Shown here: positions 14,401 to 27,759 of the stretch, piece by piece
Layout: each line of letters starts with the position of its first letter
How positions within the stretch are numbered: position 1 is the first letter of the stretch
From: Cenococcum geophilum
Lineage: Eukaryota
Length of the DNA: 64,000 bases
Assembly: GCA_050273025.1 (NCBI GenBank)
Contig: CP158635.1
Location: 20,336,001 to 20,400,000 of the forward strand
Direction of reading: 5' to 3'
The notes under the pieces: model-generated
The model's database searches: none
Seen by the model: the letters and a program-made list of their open reading frames with translations, nothing else
Told to the model about the DNA's origin: nothing
Translations under genes and position numbers: made by a program

Positions 14401-16326
14401 TACTATTTACAGATAGACGGTTAAATAGAAAGATTAAATTAGATACTAAAGTAGTATCTAAAATATTATATTAATTATATATAGAATAATTGGGTATTAT
14501 TATTACTAGTTATATAGTTTATATATAATACAACACTATAAAAAGGGATAGGCATATTACTATTTAAGGCAAATTATAGGTATAAGCTAAGAATATCGTT
14601 GTTACTATAGTAAGTGAAGAAAATAAGTAGTATAGCTAAAGAAAGAATAAAGATACTAATAAATCTTTATATAGACCTTATAGAATTAATAAAGAAAGTA
14701 TAAGAGAGAATAAAAAGGTATTATAATGCTAAGAGATTTAAGGGACTAGATCTTAAGGAGGGAGATAAAGTATAGCTACTATATAAAATTTTTAAAAGCT
14801 AACAACTAAGTAAGAAGTTAGACTACGTTAGACTAAGACCTTTTAAAATTATATAGAGGATTTTACCAGTTACGTTTAAGTTAAACCTATTAACTAAAAT
14901 AAAAATCTACCCTATATAGTATATCGTAATACTAGAGCCAGTATATAGGAATATTAAGCTACTAGTTTATAAAGCAGATATATATAGAGGACAAGAAGAG
15001 GATAAATAGCAAGTTTTAAAGATTATTAGCTATAAGAACGTCGATAATAAAATATAGTATAAGGTAAAGTGGATAGGCTATAATAAGACTATCTAGGAGC
15101 TACTAGAGAACCTAAAGAACGCTATAGAAAAGGTATAGGAGTATTAGAAGAAATTAGGTTAAGCAGTATTAATAAAAAAGGATTACTAAAAAATAAGTTA
15201 CCTAAGGGGGATCTAAGAAGAGCAGTTACTAAACTACTTAGATCTATTTCCTTCTCGGCTAAAAGAGAATCTATTCTTTTATTATTAAGTTCCTATAGAC
15301 CCTATTCTATAAGTTTCTACTTCTTAAAATAAACCTTCTTATAACCCTTCTTAAGACGGATTAACTAAGTAGACGCCGTAAGATAAGACTTAAGAGCTCG
15401 TTACTAAGTATTAGTAGCCTCCCGTTCTATATTATAAGAACGGCGTAACTTAGCTAAAGTAATAGATAATTTATTATCTAGCCGCGTAGTAGTAAATTAA
15501 ATATAAAACTCTAAAATAAATTAATTAGGGAACTAGACGACTATTAAGAGTAATAGGCTGCGTATATTTAGTATTAGAGATAGAGCGAACGTTATAAGAT
15601 AAATAAATATTCGCTTTAGTGCATTCTAAGTAAAAGGACGGTTATTGCGAAAATGGACTCGTTAATGTAATATAGACTAACCCCTCTTTTAAACAGCAAG
15701 AATATAGAGACGGTATAATCTTACTAAGAGACAATATCGCAGTAATAGTGCGGATGCGACAAGCAGTTAAGGAAAAAGAAATTATTTTAGGTATAATAAG
15801 TAATAATATTAACCAAATTAATTAAACGGATATTATACCTTTAGTAAACGACTTAGAGATATTAGGAATCTTTAAGAATAAAGATAGAGAGGAGGGAGAT
15901 GGTGTTACGGACGCTTTAAGTATAATATTATAACTACTTAGAGAAGAGTTAGAAGAAGCTAGTTAGTTAATTTAAATATAATCTAGGATAGAGCTAATAG
16001 AACTATATAATAAGGAATAGTAGCTAAGGTTACGTAATGTAATCTATATAATTTATAGGATTTATATAATCTATAATAGAGTAGATAAAACATATATATA
16101 TTATATATAAGAAGGATTTTATAGGAATACGGTTATATATTTAAGGACCCTTAATCCCTACCTAGATAATTCCTTCCTTATAGTAATTCTTAGAATATAA
16201 TTAAAGTTAATCTGTTAGGCAACTACTCTACTAGTTATTATTACATTGTTAACTTTAATTTGCATTACCTATATACCTAGCCCAATAATAAGCCTATTGT
16301 AGTACTTACTACAAGGTTTCGTTACA
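11500..16326 (+). mobile_element. Ty3/Gypsy copy C (family 1), 3' part: end of gag, pol, 3' region and 3' LTR (15903-16326)
   Basis: Collinear with about 37020-41844. ORF 12771-13028 is an RT fragment. PPT GAGAGGAGGGAGATGG precedes TGTTACGG...GTTACA. Confidence 0.93.
15190..15794 (-). pseudogene. Antisense six-cysteine accessory ORF of Gypsy copy C (RIP-degraded; 3' end approximate)
   Basis: Homologous to 40730-41311; Cys positions read TGY or the RIP product TAY. Confidence 0.55.
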
Positions 16327-16920
16327 TATCCTTTACCCTTAATTAGCAAAATCTAAGATTATATAGGTAATATATAAATCTTTATAAAGATAGATCTAAG
16401 ATAAGCGTACTATTAGATTAGAATTAAAGAAGGCGATAAATAAAAAGTAGCTTTTAGGTTAAAGGAAGGACTATATAAACTATTAGTAATATAATTCGGG
16501 TTAATAAATATACTAGTAACGTTTTAGAAATAAATTAATAGTGTATTAGGAGAACATCTTAATAAGTTTATTATAGTATACCTTAACGATATTATTATCT
16601 ACTTAATAACTAAGGAAGAATACGGAGAATACATTAAATAGGTTTTAAGGAGACTGTAAGAAGAACAGATGCTAGTAGTAATTAAGAAATATAAGTTCTT
16701 CACTAGGAAGACTAATTTTATTAGATTTATTATTAAATTAGGATATATTAGTATAGACCTAAAGAAGATTAAAGCTATAGTAAGTTAGTAAGAACTAGAG
16801 AATATAACGTAGTTAAGGTTATTTTTAGGGTTTTATAACTACTATAAAAGGTTTATAGCATAGTAGTTAAAGAATATTAAACCGTTCACTAGGCTTATAA
16901 AGAAAGAGAAACTATAGGTA

Positions 16921-17348
16921 ACGTACTTTACAAGCGAGTCGCGTATATAAGGGAGTCGCGCACTGCAAAACCCCACCAAAATCGTGATTTTTTGACCCTA
17001 GTAAAATCAACCAATTCTTAATAATAATTAATGCAAATTTAATAGCAGCCTATTAATGTAATAACTAACTTATATTAGAAGTATTGGAAATCTTATATAA
17101 GCGGAAGTAGGTTAAATAAGAAAGTGGGGGCGGAATTACCTTACTTTTTCTATTTAACTTACTTCCGCTTATATAAGATTTCCAATACTTCTAATATAAG
17201 TTAGTTATTACATTAATAGGCTGCTATTAAATTTGCATTAATTATTATTAAGAATTGGTTGATTTTACTAGGGTCAAAAAATCGCGATTTTGGTGGGGTT
17301 TTGTAGTGCGCGACTTCCTTATATACGCGACTCGCTTATAAAGTACGT
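16921..17348. mobile_element. Foldback MITE (428 bp) with ACGT termini and TA TSD, Fot1/pogo-like ends
   Basis: About 200-bp near-perfect inverted arms around a short loop. TA at 16919-16920 and 17349-17350. The host sequence GGTATAGGG is restored on removal. Confidence 0.9.
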
Positions 17349-19239
17349 TATAGGGAAATAAACAGGAGAAGCTATTCTAAAAACTTAAAGACTTATTTAC
17401 CTAAAAGCTAATCTTTAAGATCTACTAACTAGGGCTAGATATGGTTGTAAAAATAAATTTATTAAACTTTATACTAGGAGTATATTTACTATAAAAGTAT
17501 AGGGACGCTTAGCACCTAGTAATATACTATAGTTAAAAGATAATACTACTAGAGTTAAACTATAACATCTATAATAAAGAATTATTAGGTATAGTTGCAG
17601 TACTTAAAAAATAAAGAGCGTTTTTATAAGGTGTAGAGAAACTATTTATAGTTAAAATAGATTATAAGAACCTAATGGGGTTTCTAATAATAAAAGAACT
17701 TAATTATAGATAAGTTAAATAGGTAGAGATACTTACAGAATACTATTTTAAGATTTAGTATACTAAAGGAACTAAGAATATAAGGGTAAATATATTAAGT
17801 AAAAAAGCTAAACTATAAAATAATAAAAAACTATTAGGAGTAATACTACGCAGAAATAAAGACGGATTAATTAGATATAATTACCCTAAGCTAGTAGTAA
17901 CTTAAGAGGATAATAAACTAGAAAGAGTCTATAAGATACTAAAGAGCTTTTAAGTATAGAGAATTCTAAAAGCATAGCTAGAAGATCTATAGATAGATAT
18001 ATACAAAAATTAAGAAGCGAAGTATATCCTAAAGAGTATCCCTTAACCCATCGGGGTCCGTAGAGTATATGGTCTATACACAAACACCAGGACCAAGACT
18101 ACGCGTATTCTATATAAAATTCAACCATTAATTACACCACCACTATACCTTGCAATCATGCTAGACTTAATGCAGATCTTATTTAGAAGACTTAATATAA
18201 CGTTCCACCAAATAAGATAGCCAAAATATTACCTCCGAAGCCCTAGCCGCTGCCTTATTTTAAGCCTCTTTATATTAATAATTGGGACAACTATAGCTTA
18301 CCAAACTTCCCCTTAGACGTTGATCCATATAATCCTTATAAGCTATTTAGCTTATTCTTTACAGAGGATATTTTAAATAAGCTTGTAGAGTAGACGAATA
18401 AGCACGCGGAGCTCTATCCGTCGTATAAGGAAAATAAGCATACACGCCTATAGCAGCCAATATGCAAGGAGGAACTGTACGCGTACTTTAGTGTGCTTAT
18501 TTATATAGATATTACCATAGAATCGTGCATTAAGGATTACTAGAAGGATTTAGACACCCATAGAACAGAGCATATTATTAAAAAGTATATTTCAATCGTC
18601 CAATTTTAGCAGCTTAATTATTACTTTCAAGCCTTACTACCATGGCCAAAGGATAATATAACACCTAAATCTATATTTAATAGAGTTAGCGAGCTTACTA
18701 ATTATATTCGGCTTACCTATAGGAAGCTCTACACGCCTAAAACATACCTTACCGTTAATAAGACGATTTAACGCTTTATGGGTCGCGCACCTAAGATTAT
18801 TAATATTCCATCTAAACCTATACTAAAAGGCTTTAAGATATAGATTTTAGCAAACGAGGACTATATATTAGACTTTATATAGCACGCTAAAGGTAATAAG
18901 AAGGGCCTAGTTAATTTAGATAAGTCTTTTCTTAATAAAGGCTTTTTAAAGACGCAGGTGGTAGTTCTTAATTTACTCCTATAAAAAGACGCCAAAACAG
19001 ATAAGCGCCTCTACCCACCTAAACAACACATCATTTAGCTCGATAATCTATTTATAAGCGTTAAGCTTTTTATATAACTACGAGGCCTTAGTATTAGAGG
19101 TGTAGGAACTGTTTATATAACTAAAACACAGCGTAAGGAACAGGGGGACCTTAAAGGCGATATTAAGATAGCTATAACTATAAAAGAAAGGGTTAAGAAG
19201 AAGAAGGTGCCTACTAAGCAAATAAGCCAGAGGCTTATA

Positions 19240-20116
19240 CGGAGGCAGCGGGCAAAAGTTCCTGGCCCCCTTGCGCCATAAATACGCCACCAATAAGCCA
19301 CAAAACTACTTTCTTGGCGTTCCGAATTAGGAAGGAAGCTAGTATAGAAGATGGATTTTGGCTCTTTACGACGAGAGTGTAGATATATGACATTATAATA
19401 GCCACCTGGTGTGGTGGTGATATATAGGATTACTGCTTCTGCCTACTACCTCGCCTACCACCTTGTCCAGCACCTCGTCCAGCACCTCGTCTAGTACGTC
19501 GTCCAGCACCTCGTCTAGCACCTCGTCCACCACCTTACCGTGGCTTCTTTCCTTTTAATGACTTAGCCTGCTGCTGCTGTGGCTCCTGCTGCCGTTATGG
19601 CTCTTGCTTGGGCTTAATAAACATTATATTAAGTAGCTTGATTAGCAGGTGCCGTTGTGGGTTTTATCGTAGCTCTGGAGGTAGAGCTTATAGTAGTTTG
19701 GGAGGTGATTTGGGGGGTGGCTCTAGAGGCTCTTAGGGTAGTTCTTAAGATATTTTATAAGCTTCTTGTATCGCGAAGATAGTAGTAAGGGCAGCGCCAG
19801 CAGCGCTCTTAGCTGCTACTGCTAGTGTAATTTAATGCCGGAGACGCTTATTCTAATAGCGGCTTAAATATTAATATTTATACTACCGTAAATCTTTATA
19901 GTAAGGGCCTAAGCTCTTATATAAGTTACCTATTATAAACAGTAAGATATAATAAGGATTTGATGGATTTTAAAAGTTTATAGAGTATAGTATTAAGAGG
20001 AGAGCTTTGTACGCCACGACCCCGCGATGCGCGCCAAGCATCTCTTACGCCACATTAAGCCACTAAAGGCTAGCGCACACAGGGGGGGGGCCAGGAACTT
20101 TTGGCCGCTGCCTCCG
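19240..20116. mobile_element. Non-autonomous TA-flanked TIR element (877 bp), Tc1/mariner-pogo type target, nested in the piggyBac-like transposase
   Basis: About 30-bp TIR CGGAGGCAGCGG(G/C)CAAAAGTTCCTGGCCCCC. TA on both sides; removal restores in-frame QRLIDLKL. Confidence 0.88.
19445..19535. repeat. 12-bp tandem repeat (consensus CCAGCACCTCGT), about 6-7 degenerate units
   Basis: Directly visible; the minus strand encodes RGAG-like units. Confidence 0.85.
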
Positions 20117-22459
20117 TAGACCTTAAATTAACCCACGCGGCTTAAATTCTATGGGGAGAATTATATAGTAAGCTTTCCAAAAATAGCTAGGTAATAGAGT
20201 TTACTTAAAAGGACGCTAATATAGTACTTTTTATAAGTACTATTAATAACGGTAAGTTCTATAATTTAACTCTTAGGCTTAAAACCTAATAATATTATAC
20301 ATCGCTAGGTTAATAGAAGATTAAGGACCTATAAAAATAACCTACCCTTACCTCTAGCGGCGCCGGACAGACTCGGAAGGTCTTTAGTAATAAGGTATAG
20401 AAGTAGTTGCTTATTTCTACCTTCATTTTCTACTACAATCACTATATATGTAGTGTGGATATTATAAATTAATTACAACAGTATTTTATAACATAGAGGA
20501 TCTATAGGCAGACCTAGAAGCCTCTATTATACTTCCTTCTTAATATAGTAATTAGCAATTGCTTCCTTCTGTCCTCCTACCGTTCTACTAATTATCGCGA
20601 AGGCTGTTATAACGGCCATAAGCAGTTCCGAATTAACCTCCGCAACGCCTTATTTAAGCGATCTATGCACCTTTACTAAAAATGGAAGGCTCCCAAACTT
20701 AACGCCCTACCCCCGCAACGCGGTACGGACGATATTATATAGGTTCCTATATAGCTATACTAGTTAATTAAGCTGTCCAATAAGGACGTTAACTGCTCAG
20801 CCTACGTAGAGGCTAGTAGATATACTTAGGTAGAGCGACAGGGAGGAAGGAAGGCTCTATTGGATCTATCACCAAATACTACACGGAAGCCACGAGATAG
20901 TAAGGAATAAGAAAGGCGTGGGCGTGCTCCAAGGACTTGATTTGGCTGTAGTATCTACAAGATACCATTCTGCAGGAACGACGCCTGCTAGCAGCCTCAT
21001 ATTAAGCGACTAAACTCTAAAGGATAAGCCTATATAGAGATTTTGTGTAAGAATTAAGCAATATTAAAGGCTTTAAACATCTAAGCACGGCTGTCGAATC
21101 TAGTTGATCTAATTGGCTGGCGCTTATCGATAAGCTACGGACCCAAATTAACGGGTTAAGGGATAGCAGAGTATTTTGTAGAAGATTTCTATAAGGGAAT
21201 AATTTAGGGATATAATAAAGCAACAGGCTTAGTATTAAGACTTTAGGAAGAATATATTATTAATAAAATCTAGAATATCGCGAGGAAAGTAATAAAAGAG
21301 TATTTAGATTGCTAGAAAAATAAACTAATAAGGCATAAGCTATATAGAGGGCTATAACCTATTAAAATACTAGAGAGATTATAGGAGGTTATATTATAGA
21401 ACTTTATTATTAAGTTACTAAAGTTATAAAAAAAACTCTATTACTAGATAAGAGTATAATATAATCTTAGTAATAGTAGACAAGTTAACTAAATAGGGCT
21501 ACTTTATAGTATATACGGAAGAAATCTTAGTAAAAAATGTCGCTAGAATCTATATTAAAGAAGTGTTTATAAGATATAAAGTACTAAATAAGATTATATT
21601 AGATAGAGATTTAAGATTTATAGCAGTATTTTAAAAAGTATTCTTAATAGAATAAGGAGTTAAAGTAGTAACTTTTACTATATATTATCTATAGATAGAT
21701 AGATAAATAGAAAGATTAAATTAGACGCTAGAATAGTATCTAAGATATTATATTAATTATACACAGAATAATTAGGTATTGTTATTACTAGTTATATAGT
21801 TTATATATAATGCAACACTATAAAAAGAAATAGGTATATTACCATTTAAGGCAAATTATAGATATAAGCTAAGAATATTATTATTACTATAATAAGTAAA
21901 GAAAACAAGTAGTATAGCTAAAGAAAAAATAAAGATATTAATAAATCTTTATATAGACCTTATAGAGTTAGTAAAGTCAGTATAAAATAAAATAAAAAGG
22001 TATTATAACGCTAAAAGATTTAAGGGACTAGATCTTAAGGAGGGGGATAAAGTATAGCTACTATACAAAAATTTCAAAAGTTAACAACTAAGTAAGAAGT
22101 TAAACTATGTTAGACTAGGACCTTTTAAAATTATATAGAGGATTTTACTAGTTATATTTAAGTTAAACCTATTAGCTAAAATAAAGATCTACCCTATATA
22201 GTATATTGTAATACTAAAGCCAGTATATAGGAATATTAAGCTACTAATTTATAAAGTAGACATGTATAGAGGATAAGAAAAAAATTAATAGTAAGTTTTA
22301 AAAATTATTAGTTATAAGAATATTAATAATAAAATATAGTATAAGGTTAAGTAAATAGGCTATAATAAAACTACCTAGAAACTACTATAAAATTTAAAGA
22401 ATACTATAGGAAAGATATAAGAGTATTAAAAGAAAATAGGTTAGGTAATATTAAAAAGG

Positions 22460-23064
22460 AGCTAAAGATAAAGGGATTAGTTAAAGGTAATAGACGAGCC
22501 AGATTATCTAAGGGATCTACTACTAGTATATAAACTATTTCCGCCTCTTTTTAAACAGAATCCTTTTTAGCCTTCTTAGCCTTAAGTTTAGATAGACCTT
22601 AATCTATTAAGTAAAGCTCTTTTAAGTATACCTTTTTATAGACCTTTATTAAACGGCTTAGGCAAGTATAAATATCTAGTTAAGCTTTTAGAGCCTAAGA
22701 CGCCTTATTAGAACAACGCTAAACCTTAGCAAGGGCCTCGGCTAGCTTACTCTCTAGTTTTTTAGCCGCTACTAATACGCGCAACCCTAAAGGAGATTAG
22801 ATAAGGAACTAGATAATTATAAAGAATAATAAGACGTATATATTTAGCATTAAAGATAGATTAAATATTATATAATAACCATATATTCGCTCACGTATAT
22901 TTAGCATAGAAAGAAGGTTAATAACTAGATAGAGCTATAATCGCAATATATACTAACTTCTTCTCTATATAACGAGAATAGAATAGTATAACTTTACTAA
23001 GGGAAAGAATAAACGTTACTAGCTAGTTATAATAATTAAACGTAAAAGATCTAATAGGGGGTAT
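22460..23064 (-). pseudogene. Antisense six-cysteine accessory ORF of Gypsy copy D (RIP-degraded; 3' end approximate)
   Basis: De-RIP reading MPPIRSS..ILSLGEVMPSCSRC.EKKLVC..IAAPSGRQPSSCAECTRANMRSSCDVRS. Confidence 0.55.
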
Positions 23065-23596
23065 TAGGAATAATAAAGGTTATTAAATTAAAGATAGGAA
23101 TGCCATACCTCTAATAGACAACTTAGAGATAGGAGATATCTTTAAGGACGAAGATAAAGAGGAGGGGGATAGTATTACGGACCTTATATTAGCAGTAGTA
23201 TAACTACTAAGGATAGATATAAATAGGTTAGTTAAGATAGTATAGGAGGCGCTAAAACCGATTAAGCTATAGAATAAAGGGTAGCTAAGTTATATAACTA
23301 GTTACGTTATAAGTTTAGAATATAGGAACGCGACGTACCGATGTACTAATATACCGATATACTAAACCCTTTACTATAGGGAGGAGTTATATATTTAAGG
23401 ACACACAGTCTTTATAGATAGTTTCTCTTCTTTATAGTAAATCTTAGAATATAATTAGAGTTAATCTATTAGGTAACCACTTCACCAGTTATATTTACGT
23501 TGTTAACTATTCTATACCTATATACCCAGCCCATTAACAAGTCTACCGTAGTATTTTCTATAAGGCTTCGTTATACCTAATACGTTCCTAAAGGTA

Positions 23597-26500
23597 GGAG
23601 ATCTAATAGCCTATAGAGGAGGTATTATAAATCTTAAAACAGAACCTATTTAGATAACCATTAAAGGAAGACTAATTAAGATATCTTTTAATATCCTACT
23701 ATTAGGACAAGATAAGGCAGTACTAGAAATACCTTAGTTATAGGCATATAATTTAAAGATTAATTGGGTTATAGGTTAAGTTAATATTAGAAATACTTAA
23801 TAACGTAAGAGGCGTATAGTAACTAAGTTAGAGCAATATATAAGGAAACTGAGGAAGGGTTATCTTATATACTAAAAAGATACTATAAGTATAGCAAAAA
23901 GTTATAGAGCCTAGAAAGTAAAAAGCTATTAAAGTATATAGTATAGAAATATAAAATAGAATTGGAACCAGAAATAAGTCTAAAGTTCTTTTTAATCTAT
24001 AAGCTGACTAAAGAAGAGTTAAGAGCACTTAAAGAGTTTATCTAGGAGAGCTTATAAAAGGGATATATTAGACTATTATAATTATTAGTAGGTTATCCAG
24101 TACTATTTATACCAAAGAAAAATAGAAAACTTAGGCTATATATTAACTATAGACAGTTAAACAGTATTAGCAAAATCTAAAATAGGATAAGTAATATATA
24201 AATCTTTATAAAGATAAATCTAAGATAGGTATACTATTAGATTAGGATTAAAGAGGGCAATAAATAAAAGGTAGCCTTTAGGTTAAAGGAAGGACTATAT
24301 AAACTATTAGTTATATAATTCGGACTTATAAATATACTAGCGACGTTCTAAAAGCGGATTAATAATATATTAGAAGAACACTTGAATGAATTTATTATGG
24401 TATACTTTAATATTATTATTATCTACTTAATAACTAAGGGAGAATATAGGGAACACGTTAAATGGGTTTTAAAGAGACTATAAGAAGAATAGATGTTAGT
24501 AGTAATTAAGAAATGCGAGTTCCTTATATAGAAGACTAATTTTGTTAGATTTATTATTAAACTAGGTTATATTAGTATAGACCTAAAGAAGATTAAAGCT
24601 GTAGTAAGTTAGCAAAAACTAGAGAATATAATATAGTTAAGGTTATTTTTAAGGATTTGTAACTACTATAGAAGGTTTATAATATAGTGTTTAAAAAACA
24701 TTAAATTATTTACTAGGCTTATAAAGAAAGAGGAACTATAGGTATAGAAATATAAGTAAAAGGAGTTGTTTAAGGAACTTAAGGAGTTATTTACCTAAGA
24801 GCCAATCTTTAAGATCTACTAACTAGGATTAGAAACAGTTATGGAAATAAATATATTAGACTTTACGCTAGGAGTAAACTTATTATAAAAATATAAGAAT
24901 ATATAGCACCAAGTGGTATACTATAGCCGGAAGATAATACTACTAAAACTAAACTATAATACCTATAATAAGGAGTTATTAGGTATAAGTATAGCACTTA
25001 AAAAATAGATAGTATTCTTATAAGGCATAGATAAACTATTTATAGTTAAAATAGATTATAAGAACCTAACGGAGTTCCTAATAATAAATGAACTTAATTA
25101 AAAACAAGTTAGATAGGCAGAAATGCTTATAAAATACTATTTTAAGATTTAATATACTAAAGGCACTAAAATTATAAGGGCAGACGCACTAAGTAGAAAA
25201 GCTAAACTATAGAATAATAAAAAACCATTAGGAGCAATGTTGCGAAAGGATAAGGATAAATTAATTAGATATAATTACCTAAAGATCGCCATAACCTAAG
25301 AATATAATTTGTTAGAGAGTAATTAGGCGGAAAAGATCTAAGAAGTATAGAATAAGGATTTAGACTTAGAGTAATATAAAAATTAAAAAGTAATATATAT
25401 GCTTAAGAGTATTACAAAGGAATTTATTAAGGATTTCTATTAGGGAATAATATAAGGATATAATAGAGCTATAGGGCTAATGTTAAGACTTTAGGAGGAG
25501 TATATTATTTAAGGAATTTAAAGCTTAGTAAGAGAAACTATAAGGGAATATCTAGACTGCTAAAGGAATAAACTAATAAGGCATAAGCTATATGGAGGGC
25601 TACAACCTATTAAAATACTAGAAAGACTATAGGAAGTTATATTATAGGACTTTATTATAAAGTTGCTAAAGTTAAAAGATCCTATTGCTGGATAGGAGTA
25701 TAACGTAATCCTTATACTAGTAGACAAGTTAACTAAGTAGGGCTACTTTATAGCATATATAGAAGAAATCTTAGCAGAAGATATCGCTAAAATCTATATA
25801 AAAGAAGTGTTTATAAGACACAGAGTACTAATAAAGATTTATAGTAGTATTTTAAGAAGTATTCTTAGCGGAATAAGGAGTTAGAGCAGTAACTTCTACC
25901 GCGTATTATTCGTAGATAGATAGGTAGATAAAAAGATTAAATTAAATACTAGAATAATTAGGTATTACTATTACTAGTTATATAGTTTCTATATAATACA
26001 GCACTATAGAAAGGTGTAAGGATATTACTATTTTGGGCAAATTACAGATATAAGCTTATAATATTATTATTACTATAATAAGTAAAGAAAATAAGCAGTA
26101 TAGCTAAATAAAAAATAGAGACGTTAATAAATCTTTATAAAGACCTCTATAGCATAGCCAAATTAGTATTAAAAAAGATAATAAAAAAAAGTACTATAAT
26201 GCTAAGAGATCTAAGGAACTAGATCTAAAGGAGGGGGATAAAGTATAGCTATTACATAAAAATTTTAAGAGTTAATAACTAAGTAAAAAGTTAGACTATG
26301 TTAGACTAGGACTATTTAAAATTATAGCTAAGATTTTAGAAGTTATATATAGACTTAGCTTCCTAGTAAAGATAAAGATTTACCCTATATAGTATATCGC
26401 AATGCTAGAGCCAGTATATGGAGATGCTAAGCTATTAGTTTATAAAGTAAATATATATAGAGGATAAGAAGAAGACAAATAGCAAGTTTTAAAGATTATT

Positions 26501-27759
26501 AGTTATAAGAATATAGACGATAAAATATAGTATAAAGTTAAGTAGATAGGCTATAATAAGACTATTTAAAAACTATTATAGAACCTAAAGAACGCTATAG
26601 GAAAGGTATAAGAGTATTAAAAGAAAATAGGTTAGGTAATATTAAGAAGAAGCTAAAAATAAAGGGATTAGTTAAAGGTAACAGATGAGCTAGATTATTT
26701 AGGGGATCTACTACTAGCGTATAAGTTGTTTCCGCCTCTTCTTAATTAGAATCCTTTTTAGCCTTTTTAGCCTTAAGATCGGCTAAACCTTATTCGGTAA
26801 GACGTAACTCCTTTAAGCATACTTTTTTATAAACTTTTATTAGATGGCTTAGGCGGGTATAAGTATTTAGTTAAGCCATTAGGGCCTAAAACGCCTTATT
26901 AAAACGGCGTTAAACTTTAAAAAGGGCCTTGGCTAGCTTACCCTTTAGTTTTTTAGCCGCTACTAATATATAAAACCCTAAAGTAAATTAAATAAGGAAC
27001 TAAATAGTTATAAAGAATAATAAGACGCGTATACTTAACGTTAGAGATAGATTAAACGTTATAGGATAACCATATATTCGCTTACGTATATTTAGTATAG
27101 GAAGAAGGTTAGCAATTAGATAGAGCTATAATTGTAATATATACTAAAAATAGGATAGTATAACTTTACTAAGTAAGGGAATTATAGTTACTAGCTAGTT
27201 ATAATAATTAGATATAGAGTATTTAATAGGAGGTATTAGGAATAATGAAATTTATTAAATTAAAGATAGGAATACTATACCTTTAATAAATAACTTAGAG
27301 ATAGAAGATATCTTTAAGGACGAAGATAGAGAGGAGGGGGGTGGTGTTACGGACCTTATATTAACAGTAGTAGCACTACTAAGAAGAGATATATATAGGT
27401 TAGTTAAGATAGTACGGGAGGCGCTAGAATTAATTAAGCTATAAAATAAGGGGTAGTTAAGTTATATAGCTAGTTATGTTATAAGTTTGGAACGTAGGAA
27501 TATAGGAATATATAAACGCGATATACTAACATACTAACGTACTTAGTACATTTCTTAGGCGTAGTATTATATATTTAAAAGGACTACAGTCCCTACCGTA
27601 GATAATTCTCTTCTTTATAGTAAATCTTAGAATATAATTAGAGTTAATCTATTAGGCAACCTACTCTACTAGTTATATTTATTTGTTAACTTAACCTATA
27701 CCTATATACCTAGCCCATTAACAAGTCTACCGTAGTATTTCCTATAATGCTTTGTTATA
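23597..27759 (+). mobile_element. Ty3/Gypsy copy E (family 1, subfamily b), protease to 3' LTR (27345-27759), with small internal deletions
   Basis: Collinear with the other pol copies; 3' region and LTR are closest to copy D; PPT GAGAGGAGGGGGG is present. Confidence 0.9.

Larger units (their letters stand above)
18040..21162 (+). mobile_element. piggyBac-like DNA transposon with RIP-degraded transposase (DDE_Tnp_1_7-like)
   Basis: De-RIP motifs: VDETIQRFMGR..NIPSKP..GFKIW (~18750-18845), WLDNLF (~19035-19053), YNHHMxGVD (~20435-20460), C-terminal FGCSICKIPFC..CW (~20940-20990). TIR CCCTTAACCC/GGGTTAAGGG plus an internal inverted repeat GGGTCCGTAG. Confidence 0.88.
16327..23575 (+). mobile_element. 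Ty3/Gypsy copy D (family 1, subfamily b), 3' part from RT to 3' LTR (23173-23575); carries a hairpin MITE and a piggyBac-like insertion
   Basis: Starts at the RT motif YPLPLIS directly after the LTR of copy C. pol is collinear with other copies once the two insertions are removed. PPT and LTR TATTACGGACC...GTTATA are present. Confidence 0.9.

Noticed and set aside
18043..21159. Canonical TTAA-TSD interpretation of the piggyBac-like element
   Set aside because: It leaves CCC and GGG plus a duplicated AT unexplained relative to the empty site in sibling Gypsy copies.
7657..21223. Short Y/I/L-rich ORFs in the AT-rich blocks (also 37765, 55033, 55784, 61427, 62855)
   Set aside because: Chance frames in RIP-mutated repeats; only 12771-13028 is meaningful, as an RT fragment.
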